DNA of 60,000 nucleotides from Lytechinus pictus. Its lineage: Eukaryota. The stretch spans positions 22,880,001 through 22,940,000 of the forward strand of contig NC_087252.1 in NCBI RefSeq assembly GCF_037042905.1, in the 5' to 3' direction. The notes below the pieces were generated by a model. That model ran no database searches and had not been told where the DNA came from. It saw nothing but the letters and a program-made list of their open reading frames with translations. Below are positions 25,501 through 36,260 of the stretch, one piece after another (the stretch's first letter is position 1; each line of letters starts with the position of its first letter). The translations under genes and the position numbers were made by a program.

Positions 25501-28500
25501 ACTGTGGAACGTCCTTAAGCGAAACTTTAAAATGTCGTAACTTTCTTATTTTACATCCGATATTGATGAAATTTTCAGTGTTACGTTTGTTGGATTTTTT
25601 CTCTTTTTATTCAAATCAACTTTTTGTTGGAGTGGACTTGTCCTTTAAGTTTTTGGTAACAGTGAATTTCGTACAAATTTCTTAATTTCACCAGTGCCCC
25701 CCCCCCCCCCCACGGTCTAAAGCGAAAATCACAGGCGCATGCTGTTTAAAGAAAGAAAATATACTTTGACTCAGGCCTAATTACAATTGCTTGGAAAAAG
25801 ACTCGTCTTTGAACAAATTACAATACTTACTCTAATAATAACTGAGCATCATACTCAATTTATACCAGAATAATTTGGCAATCTACATTAACTCACCTAT
25901 CCCAAGTCTCCTGTATGGTGCAAGACATCCCAAGGTCATTATATACAGACGTCTTGCTCCCTGTTCTGTTGTATCTATCCTACAGCACACTGCTCCGACA
26001 ACAATGTCATTGTAATATGCTACCGGGGGGGGGGGGGGGGAAATAAAATTTGTTAGAAATACAATAAAACTAATTTCAATAACTTAACATTGTAATAATT
26101 TTCTGCAAGTTAGATTTCTCTATGAACAATCTTTGTATAATTCACTAGTACTTCTCAAAGGGTGCTTTTCATCTGATGGCTTTGTTTGAATCTAAAGCTA
26201 TACACAGTTCAAGTCAGCATTCTCTGATCACTGATGCCACTTAGAATTGAATTTTTTTTAAAGTCTGAAAATCATCTAAGATGAGCCATTTTGTACATAA
26301 ACTTTATTTAATTTCTATGGCTGAAAATGAGTTTAAGAAGTCTGAATTCATAGTTTTTATTCTGAAACATGGCATCCCTGTTTGATGTAAAAGCTGACAC
26401 CCCTGGGCCCTGTCTTACAAAGAGCTGCGAATGATCTGATCAATAACAACTATGGACGGCCAGCAATGTCAGCATCTAAAATACACGTTTGTCCAACACA
26501 TTTTTAGATATGACGTATACCGGTATTCATACGGTCATCATTCTCTTGAAGATTCAGTGTGATTCTCTTTGTTTAGATTGTGCAAATTTCCTGTAGAACA
26601 AAAATTATGGTATGGATGGAATTCCATACAGTTGAGATTGATTGGATCAATCTTAACTCTATGTAAGAATTTGAGACTAAACTGCTGACATGGTTTATAG
26701 GTTCTAAAATCATCTTTCACTGAATTGGGTTATTGGGTCGACCAAAAGAGATCTTGATATCAGCCAAATTCATTGGCCCAAATTCACAAAGGTAGTTTAT
26801 AAAACCATCGGTTGAACCCTTGGTTTATGCAGATTTCCTGTATAAATTACGCTTATTTACCGCGTATATTAAAAATATGTCCATTGTTGATGCAAGCTTT
26901 TGTCAGTGTACAGAACTGACGCCTCATGCCATGGTTAAGTACGCTATTTTATTCATGAAGAGTAGACTCATTAATTCAAAACAGTGGACTCGTGAATAAC
27001 CATGGCAACAGGCGTCAATTAGGCGCACTGTGACAAAAGCGCGCATCAAGACTTGGACATTTTTTAATATACGGTATGCAATAAATAAACATAATTTATA
27101 CAGGAAATCTGCATAAACCATGGGTTCAACCGATAGTTTTAAAAACCACCTTTGTGAATTTGGGCTATAGAGTTGATCGTTGAAAAAAAGGCATCCCTTT
27201 CTTCACTTGAAAATTTCTTTCCAGAATATGGCAGGCCAGCTATATGTGAATACCAAACTTACTAAAACTACGAAGGATGCCCAATAAAAACTTAAAGGAA
27301 ACCAAAACCCAAGAAGAGCAGTAATCTTGTTGGAAAGATTAAAATAAGAGGAACAATTTAAAACAAGTTTAATCAAAATCGGGTATGAAATATCAAAGCA
27401 AGTTATGGACGTTTAAAAAGTCTTAGTCTTGTTGTACTTTCTATGGGGATCCTCAAATTGGCAATCAAGCTTCAAAATGGCTGATTTTGTGGCAACTTTC
27501 CATTTGTTTTGTACACAAATTTTCAGATTTTCCCATTTATTTTACAAATTTCACATTATCTCCTCCTGACCTTGGCATATGTGGCGTGAATTATGTTTTC
27601 CCATGACATATGTTATGTTCAGGAGGCAAGATGCAATTTGAAAGATAAATGGGAAAAATCTGAAAATTTGTGTACAAAACAAATGGACAAAATCAGCCAT
27701 TTTGAAGCATGTTTGCCAATTTGAGGATCCCCATAGAAAGTACAACAAGAGTTTTCAAACTTCCATAACTCGCTTATTTTATAACCGATTTTGATTAAAC
27801 AAGTTTAAGATTGCTCCCCTCATTTTTTATTATTTCTGATAGGATGGATTTTCTCCTTGTATTTTGGTTTCTTTGAAAAGAAAAAAAAATTACCAAGTTT
27901 AGCCAGTTCTCCTACTTCTAGGACATCTTTGTAGAATTTATCATTGTAAGATACAGGGAAGACAACAGAGTTGAGTTTCTTCAGCTGCTTTATATTGTGG
28001 GAGGTAATGTCCCCTAGATCTTTTCTTCCTCTGTGAAAGAAATGAAACAGTCAAAAATAATTAATCCATTCGTACATGAACAATAATAACCAACAAGTGC
28101 TTGTTTTGCCGTCCCATGACAATTTTTTTTAAAAAACAAGTGCACACCCAGTTACCAATATTTCATATAGCATTGCAGATTACATGCCTTGCTCACAGGC
28201 ATAGGTGGCGCGGCCGGGATTGAACTCCGGGCTTTTCATGTATAGACAGGCGCCTTAGAGTAGACCACTCGGCCACGCCCACGGTAGTCTTGAGGACTCC
28301 ATGATGATGTCTTTAAAAAAAAATTTGACATATACTTCTTCATCATTGGAGTCTTGAATCCCCTCCCATATATGCATAAGGGCATTTTCACCACAGATGG
28401 ACACAGAGGCAAAAAAAATCAAGTTTATATTCATGTCAAATGCTTTATGGTTTTTAATAAAACAAGACCTGAAGTTTCTGAGACAAAAATGTTTCCGACT

Positions 28501-31500
28501 CTGGCAGCCATTTTTTATTTCAAAATGGCTGCCAAAGTATGGATACAAATTAGTGTTGAAAATAGTATATCGATACATATTTTGTTTTGACAGATTTTGA
28601 AAGAACAGGTTTGATCATGATGTTTTCGCCTGAGATTTAGCTTGCTATTATAACACTTTTTAAAATCCCACAGAAAGAAACACCAGTAATTCATTCATCT
28701 GATAAAAAAACATTGATGAAGTATGTGATATGGTATGTAATGTCAGTTACCGAAAACATGAACTTTTTTTTCTCATTTCCTGGAAAAGAGGATATATTAT
28801 ATAAAACTTGGTAGATTTCCTCTCTAGGTAACACCCCTCCCTTCTGCACCAAAATTAAAGATTAACAATTAACAATGAAGCCATAGGGTACCATTAAATA
28901 TACATGTATGTAATGTCAGTTACCAAGTGGAAAATGTAATGTCAGTTACCGAGATGTAATGTCAGTTACCATGATAAAACGTTGGTTACCAATATTGAAA
29001 TGCAAATATGTGGTCAATTTTAGGGTGAAGAAATATTGTATACTTGTTATTAAGTCTTTCACTTTAAAAGTCTCACCAGAAGGAGCTTGCTATTGACTTT
29101 TAAAAGGTATATTTCACAAGGAATACTATATGAAATTATGAAGGAAGTTGCATTCCCATCGTGCAAAAAAAAATTACTATGAAATTGTTTTGTACATGCA
29201 CTTACCAAGTACCTAATTGTTTGTATCAGACAATTTTTTGTTTGGTTTTCGGGGGGGGGGGGGGGGGGGGGGTAGGGGGTACTTTTCCCAACCTATTGCC
29301 TAAATATGCAAAAAAAATTAAGCTTAACATTGTGATGAAGGGGATTTCCAGGGTCCCTTTTTTAGTTTCCAGGATTCTTTTGAGCATTGCCTCGCTAAAA
29401 GTAAATTCCTGGTTTTTATACAGGTGTGTGTGATACAATTTTGTTTTTGGTTTACAAGTATAGATGAAAAGTGAAATTTGACAGTTCAGATCAATGTTGC
29501 ATGGATCTACTAAAACTGTTTTTTTCTTTAAATTTACAAATAGTTCAGTATCAGCTTAGAAGCTGGAGTTTATTTTTTGTTGACAGGTTAAAAAAGAAAT
29601 TAGCAAAGAAAATGATTAAACAAATTATGAAGAGAATTGAAATCCGACAGATATGAACAAGCATTGCTTGCACTGACCAGAATAGAAATCAATAAAATTA
29701 CATGGCTGCATGAGATTCGGGGGAGGGGTACGTGTAGCCTAGGGGAGGAGACCCTTATTCATTTTGCCTTTTTTGAGGGGAGGGGGAGGTTGGAGAAGGA
29801 AAAGGTTTAAAAAGTCAATATAAACTGATGAATATATATTATGGGTGTATAGTCAGAAAAATCCATGTGTACAGTCAATGCAATATTAAATTACTATAGG
29901 AAAACATGTAGCTGCTATGACCCCCCCCCCCCGAGTAAGTAAAACATACATTTACAATTAAAAATGTGAAATATTATGAAACTATTATTTTTTTTAAAAG
30001 CCTTACATATATTAAGTACCAAGAAAATTATGCCCCTGAAAATCATATAGCACTGGTAAATGTTAATATGTATTGTCAGTTACCGACAAGTAATGATAAC
30101 AATTTTCAAGAAAGGAATTAAGAAAAATAATTTTTTTTTCATTGAAATGTTCCTAGAAACTCGGGTATACTTCCACATCAAGCTCACTTTCATGTGAAGC
30201 CCTGCACAGAAGATACAATGCAATGATTCCACACATTTGACTTCCATGTGTTATCTCTATGGCAAATTAAGTGTAGGCCTAATGTCAGTTACCAGCATGG
30301 TTGTGGAAAAATTATCATAGCTCCCAAAAGACAAAAACGAATTGTTTAATATTTTGACACATCTTAACCTAGTAACGGAGGTATATTTACATATTCAAAT
30401 TATTACTCTATCTACTCAGGGACATGAGATACTTCAATTTTAATGAACACCCTGAAATTGCATGTCTTTTTGCGTAATGTCAGTTACCGACACATTTTTG
30501 CTTGCTGATGCGTAAAAAAATGTGGTTACTTAGGAAAACTTAGTATCAGAGTATACAGCAAGGTTCCCTTTATTAACTCTATCAAAAGCAAACTCCCATC
30601 ATTTGTTGTTTTAGAGGTACACACAATGAAAGGTGTGAAAACATTGTGCCGTGTAATGTCAGTTACCGTGAAAATGCCCATAAGAGAAACATTACGTAAA
30701 CACAGATGGATTTCCCTAGGAAATCCATCTTTTTTATTAAAAATCACGTAAATGATCATGATTTTATTATTCTCTATGCCTAATGCATAAGGTTAAAAAA
30801 AAAAATTCAATTAAAATGTGAAAAAATAAAGGTTTCTTACCAGACCGATGTCGTGTAGATCCCTCGATCCAAATGTACACAACGCAAATACAATAGGGTC
30901 GTCTCTTGAACCGCTTACGTATGACGTACATCCGGTTAGCGATGCCGTTTTGAAGAACAATTTATAGATAAACTTATTATTTTACAAATAATAAAATTTA
31001 TTACGTGATTATAAATAATTAGCAGTATTATACTAATTATTTATAATCACGTAATGAATTTTATTATTTGTGAAATAATAATTTTTATCTATAAATTGTT
31101 CTTCAAAACGGCATCGCTAACTGGATGTACGTCATACGTAAGCGGTTCAAGGCGTAGGAAGGTGTAGAGAATAATAAAATCACGATCATTTACATGATTT
31201 TTAATAAAAAAGATGGATTTCCTAGGGAAATCCATCTGTGTTTACATGTCTCTCTTATGCATATATGGGAGGGGATTCAAGACTCCAATGATAAAGAAGT
31301 ATATGTCAATTTTTTTTAAAAGACATCATCATGGAGTCCTCAAGACTACGCGACGCCCACGGCTAGACCAAAAGCTTCAGTCTCTGTATTTTGGTTGTTC
31401 CGCTGAACTACGTTGGCTCCACTCCCCAATACATAGACTGAAGAGCTTGGAGGCCCGTACGTACAGCCGACGTATAAGTGAACTAACGTTTTATAGGTCG

Positions 31501-33376
31501 CGATTTAAATCTGTTTTTTAAGCGAAATTTACAGTTTCATGGTTTCTATTATCATGGAAATATAAGTAATTGCGTACCTTGGACCCGAGTTATTGATAAA
31601 AATCCTCTGGATGACGGTATTTCTTGCAAGTCATTATTCGATATATCGAATGTCGTCTGCTACCTGTGATCGTAGCGGTTTAGCTCGCATGTGGAGCAGA
31701 TCGCATAATAATTAATATTGAAAGCAATATCGATATCACATTTGTAAATTGTTGATGCACTCTCTGTTCGTTTGTAATTTTGGCTGCTATTTTGGGAGTG
31801 ATTCTGGTGTCCAAGTCGCAAGAAAACATCGGTAAAGTACCACTTTTATACCTTTTGATATATTTCTTTGACATTTATTCATTGATTATAAATTATAAAT
31901 TGATATCTTGTAGTTGATAAATCCTTAGAATGTAAATTCGATGTAAAAAAGCACATCAAAGTCTGGACAGTTAATCGACAAAAGGGAGGATGTGATCATG
32001 GTGATAACACATGCGAGCTCACACTAACACACTACCGTCGGTGAATGGGGATGATAGTAAAATGTCAGAAATTGTTGAATAAATCCCCAGAAACGACGGT
32101 TATTCCTGTCTAGCCCATGGGCATGGCATGCCATGGAATTGGCTGATAGCAATTGCGGTTGTCAAGATTCACCACTTCTGAACGTGTTAGCATTCCCCAG
32201 TCTGCGGCCGCCCTGTCTCCCGTGCGCGGTAAAAAAACTACAATGTACGCGAAGTGGGCCGTAGCTTCCTGGGTTAATAACAAGCCAGTCTTTCAACAAA
32301 AAAAGGCAAGCATGAAAAACTTTTGTCAAAAGTCTTTCTTCTGTTCAGTTCTATTTTTTCTTTCAAAAAGTCAGTGATTTTCTTTATTCTCCAACTTTTC
32401 TACATAAAACACACAGGGGTACCGTCTTTGTAGATTGAATTCATGAAAAGTTTTCGGTAAATGCCAACACGAGTCAATGTCTTAACGTTAAACTTATGCT
32501 TTCTTAAAGGAGAATGAAACTCTTGGAGCAAGTTAGCTTTTGTGAAAGCAGAAAAATCAAAGAATAAGATCAACAAAACTTTGAGAAAAATAGGACTAGC
32601 AATAAAAGAGTTATATGAGCATTTGAATGTCGAGAACACTAATGCTATGGAGATCCTCCCATTGGCAATGCGACCAAGATCTGTGATGTCACACACGTAC
32701 AACTCTCCCATTTGGACACTGAAAATATACCCCAAAACATCTCTTTTTGCTCATTCTAATCATATGACAAACGATTCATCAATGATATAATGTTGTGAAA
32801 CCTCTGTACTTGTCATCTCATAGATAAAGAGAACACCTCACCTTGTGATAGACTCTATAAAAGTGAGAATATAAGTGAAATAAGTAGGCCCCCTACTAGT
32901 AAAGTAATGAGGGAGTTGTACGTGTGTGATATCACAGATCTTGGTCGCATTGCCGTTAGGAGGATCTAGGCCTACATGGCACTAGTGATCTCAATATTTG
33001 AATGCTCATAACTTTCTTATTATTCATTCAATCTTCCTCAAACTTTCAACAATATGTTTCTTTGATTTTTCTCTTTGATATGGATTCAGATGGTTTCAAG
33101 GGTTTCATTCTCCTTTAATGTTATGCCAATGAATGGGGCCGTATGACGCAGACCATAAGGCCCAGAACTGCAGGCCGCTGGAGCGGGCATTGACTTCAAC
33201 ATTTTACCGCTGGCTCGGAGAAAATCCCCGCACTCAAGTCGGGACGATAGACAAGTGAAACAAGTTTGGATTTCAGATTATTGGACAGAAAATTTATATT
33301 GTATTTAATTGGCTAGGAATCCAAACGTATCATTAAACAAATTAAGTTGAAATAATCGATTGACTTACTTCGTCAT
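22537..33376 (-). CDS. NAA50: N-alpha-acetyltransferase 50 (NatE catalytic subunit), 164 aa. Exons (- strand) 33376-33369, 28030-27894, 26019-25897, 23563-23497, 22696-22537
   Basis: All introns are GT-AG and phases are compatible (8+137+123+67+160=495 nt). Translation: MTKGRKDLGDITSHNIKQLKKLNSVVFPVSYNDKFYKDVLEVGELAKLAYYNDIVVGAVCCRIDTTEQGARRLYIMTLGCLAPYRRLGIGTMMLKHVLDFCEKDGRIDNIYLHVQVNNDSAIDFYKKFEFEIIETKEHYYKRIEPADAHVLQKTLRTAVAQTSS*. It is highly similar to animal NAA50/San, including the acetyl-CoA motif RRLGIG. The 8-nt first exon (caacATGACGAA|gtaagt) is the least certain. Confidence 0.95.
26775..27165. mobile_element. ~390-bp fold-back MITE in NAA50 intron 2
   Basis: Long inverted arms: gcccaaattcacaaagg...ggtttatgcagatttcctgtataaatta / taatttatacaggaaatctgcataaacc...cctttgtgaatttgggc. 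Confidence 0.85.
27296..27873. mobile_element. TTAA-type (Kolobok-like) palindromic MITE immediately downstream of NAA50 exon 2
   Basis: TTAA-aggaaaccaaaa ... ttttggtttctt; internal inverted blocks (cttgttgtactttctatggggatcctcaaattggcaa and its reverse complement). Confidence 0.7.
28122..28280 (-). mobile_element. tRNA-derived SINE (same family as 58156-58344)
   Basis: Minus strand has an A-box-like TGGCCGAGTGG and a B-box-like GTTCAATCCC; the body tgccttgctcac.ggcataggtg is shared with the 58 kb copy. Confidence 0.75.
28285..31348. mobile_element. Fold-back TIR element (TAG..CTA termini, ~185-bp arms), interrupted by a nested element
   Basis: 28285-28379 plus 30684-30776 is the reverse complement of 31166-31348 (TAGTCTTGAGGACTCCATGATGATGTCTTT...); a central hairpin lies at 30905-31151. 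Confidence 0.85.
28380..30679. mobile_element. 2.3-kb non-autonomous TIR element (GGG..CCC, 4-bp TSD; Sola2-like) inserted in the left arm of the fold-back element
   Basis: TIR GGGCATTTTCAC / GTGAAAATGCCC; ATAA duplicated at 28376-28379 and 30680-30683; removal restores the host arm; 8 copies of TAATGTCAGTTACC (one with a mismatch). Confidence 0.8.
32508..33114. mobile_element. TTAA-target (Kolobok-like) MITE in NAA50 intron 1
   Basis: TTAA-AGGAGAATGAAAC ... GTTTCATTCTCCT-TTAA, with internal inverted arms. Confidence 0.85.
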
Positions 33377-33908
33377 GTTGCTGAAATACAATTTTCACCT
33401 TGCTCAACTGTCTCTATCTTCGGGAAATGGTGAAACGTGATGAGCTGAGCTAGCTCTGAATTAGGATTGAACCAGTCGGACGAATTTATAAAATTACGCA
33501 GTGGAAAAGAGTTCGTTTTATAGCAACTATATTAACTTTTAAATTTGATGATTTTCAAATAATCATTAAATCAATGTATTTTCACTCTTTGTTTTACGTT
33601 ACAACACGGATTTCAAAAGGAAAAATATTAATGTAAAACTATAATTTCTCTGCGAGTAAGACTAGGATCTAAATGACGCGCGCTTCCAATTTGCGCGCGC
33701 AACACAGCGGCCACAATTTGCATATAAAAAGGTTGGGGCAGTCGCCCGGGGGCAGTCGGGGGCCTTAATATTGACCCCCCCCCCATCCCCGAAAAAGGGA
33801 GAAAGGGAAGGGGAAGAAAATGAAGGAAAAAGTGGAGAAAGAGGAAAAGGAAAGGAAAGGGATCGTGAAAAAAGGAAAGAGAAAGTGAGAGAGAAAAGAG
33901 AAGGAAAA

Positions 33909-34089
33909 CAGGGGCCGCGGAACGGTTTTCAAAGTGGGGGGGGGGGGGGGGCTGAGCCAAAAGTGGGGGGGCTGACTATGCTAAAAATCACAATCATATG
34001 GTCATTTTAAAGTTTTTTGTACACGGTTTAGGAAAAAAGTGGGGGGGGGGGCTGACCCCCCCCCCCCCCCCCCGGTTCCGCGGCCCCTG
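33909..34089. mobile_element. Small GC-rich MITE (CAGGGGCCGCGGAAC termini)
   Basis: TIR caggggccgcggaac / gttccgcggcccctg; GAAAA on both flanks. Confidence 0.75.
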
Positions 34090-34962
34090 GAAAAGATAGG
34101 ATCGAGGGAAATAGAAGGAAAACTAGGAAGGTTGAGAGAGAACAAAAGAGAAAAAAGGAGAGAGAAGGGGGAAGGAAGGAAAAACAGAGAGAAAATAAAA
34201 AAGGAAGGAAAAGGGGGAGAGAGAGAGAGGAAAGAAAGGAAGGAAAGATGGGGAGAGAGAGAGTAGGAAAGGGAGCGAGAAAAATATCGAGGGAAAAGGG
34301 GTGAGAGATATTCAATAGACCGGTTTACTAACATATCATTCAAGTTTTATGCATACCAGTTTAACAAAGGTTGCCTCTAACAACCGGAAAGCTTGCCCGA
34401 GGTTTGCCCGACATAGCAACAACTAATGTATGCAAAGTGGATTCCAAGTATTGAAATACCATTGTTAGGTATACAGGTTAATGGAATAACTCGTTACTAG
34501 GCCCCGAGGGAATAAACATCCATAAATTTGACTACATTAGTAAACCGGTCTATTGGAAAATAGAAAGAGTATAAAGCAAAGCAGGGAAATGGGAGAACAA
34601 TTAATGAGAGGGAGAGAGGGAGGGGTAAGAGGAGAGGGAGAGAAAGGGAGTTAGGTGACGAAGAGAGAGAAAGGAGAAGGATCGAGGAAAATGAATTGGT
34701 CTGAGAAAACAAAGGGAGGGAAAAGTTCGAAAAAGAAATTAAAAGAAGAAAAATAAAGAAAAGGAATCGAGAGACGAAAGTAGGCCTACAGAATGACAAA
34801 CAGAGAAAAGGAGAAAAAACGAGTGAAAGTGAGAAAGGATCAAAGGGAGAAATATTGAAAAAAAAACGAGTGAAAGTGAGAAAGGATCAAGAGGGAGAAA
34901 TATTGAAATAAAAACTGAAAGTGAAATAAAAAGGAAATTTGGAAAAAAGGGGAAACGGGTGG

Positions 34963-36260
34963 CAGTGGCGTAGCTAGGATTGTTTTTCCTGGGGGGCACT
35001 GGGGGGGTCCTTGCTTTTTCAGGGGGGCAACATTTTTTTTTCTGTGTGTGTATATACTATGTCACAAAGGCAGATCCGACTTTCGCCAATGGGGGGTGGG
35101 GCCCGAAATTATCTTCACCTATATATTTTCCCCTATCAGTCACCTTTTAGCTTTATTCTTTATAAAACAACATAAATATGAAATAATCTTATAAGCCCTA
35201 TATAAAAATTGCGAGCGCGAAGCGCGAGCGATTTTTTTTATTTTTATATTTCATGCATTTTGTCCTGAAAATTGAACATTCTTGGCACTGTTTGTGATCC
35301 TGAACAAGATGCGTATGTAACTTATAAAGTTATAATTACTGCAAACGCGAAGCGCGAGCAGAATTTGTTAATAAATGTTCTAGCATGATCGGAAACGGAC
35401 CTGTTAAGGTCTGTCTACAGCTACCCACGAATACGGTACATATTTCAATAATGGGAGCGCGAAGCGCGGGCTAAAACTTTTTGACATTTCGACCTAAAAA
35501 ATGGACATTCTCAGCACTTTTTGTAATCATAAATGGGATAGGTATGTATAACTAAACAATTGATGCGAGCGCGAAGCGTAAGCGGAAGAAAATTGAGATT
35601 TTAGACCTAAAAGCGGGACACTCTATTCATATTTTGTTAATTATGAATATTTTAAATAAAATGTAATGAAAAGGTTTGGGGTTTTTGTTCGCTTATATAG
35701 AATCGATAGAGTACTCACCAATCAAATGCGGGCGCGCAGCGCTAACTTATAGGCCTACGTTTTGACAGTCACATCTGAAAATGGATATTTTGATAACTTT
35801 ATGGAATTCATGAAGACAATAGAAACAATAGGAATGCGACCACGCAGCGTGAGCTTATAAAATGTTGATATGGAGACCATATTAACGGACATTTTACAGA
35901 GTGCATTAACTTTATAAATGGAAAAAAATAATGAAAGCTTGATGTCCGAGATGAAATATGTTTTGTATATTGACTTCAAAACTTGATATTTTAAGCTCCA
36001 TATTCGAGCGCGAAGCGCGAGCGAAAATTTCATTTAGTAACATGAAAGATTTTTTTTTGCAAGTCTTCCAATAACATTATTTTATTCATTTGTCTTCCTT
36101 CTTTTTTTCCTTCTGTCTTTCACCTTCTTTTTTTTTTTCTTTTCTTCTTTTTCTTTTTTTTGCTCCGCCAATTTTTTCCAGGGGGGGCACACCAAATCTC
36201 GGGGGGGGGGGGGGGGCACGTGCCCCTCCAGGCCCCCCCTCCCCCGTAGCTACGCCACTG
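34963..36260. mobile_element. hAT-like non-autonomous element with internal GCGAGCGCGAAGCGCGAGC repeats
   Basis: TIR CAGTGGCGTAGCTA / TAGCTACGCCACTG; flanks acgggtgg / aacggcgg form an imperfect duplication; periodic ~115-125 bp internal units. Confidence 0.75.

Noticed and set aside
28738..30667. CRISPR-like repeat/spacer appearance of the TAATGTCAGTTACC array
   Set aside because: The repeat is only 14 bp, spacing is highly irregular (6 bp to >1 kb), there are no cas genes, and it lies in a eukaryotic intron inside a TIR element.
30836..30900. Alternative NAA50 first exon suggested by a minus-strand CTG|GTAAG donor at 30841
   Set aside because: It has no in-frame ATG and lies inside a transposon; the exon at 33376-33369 supplies ATG and the correct phase.
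33670..33725. GCGCGC inverted repeat and ATTTGCAT octamer upstream of NAA50
   Set aside because: Plausible promoter elements, but too short to call without conservation or chromatin data.
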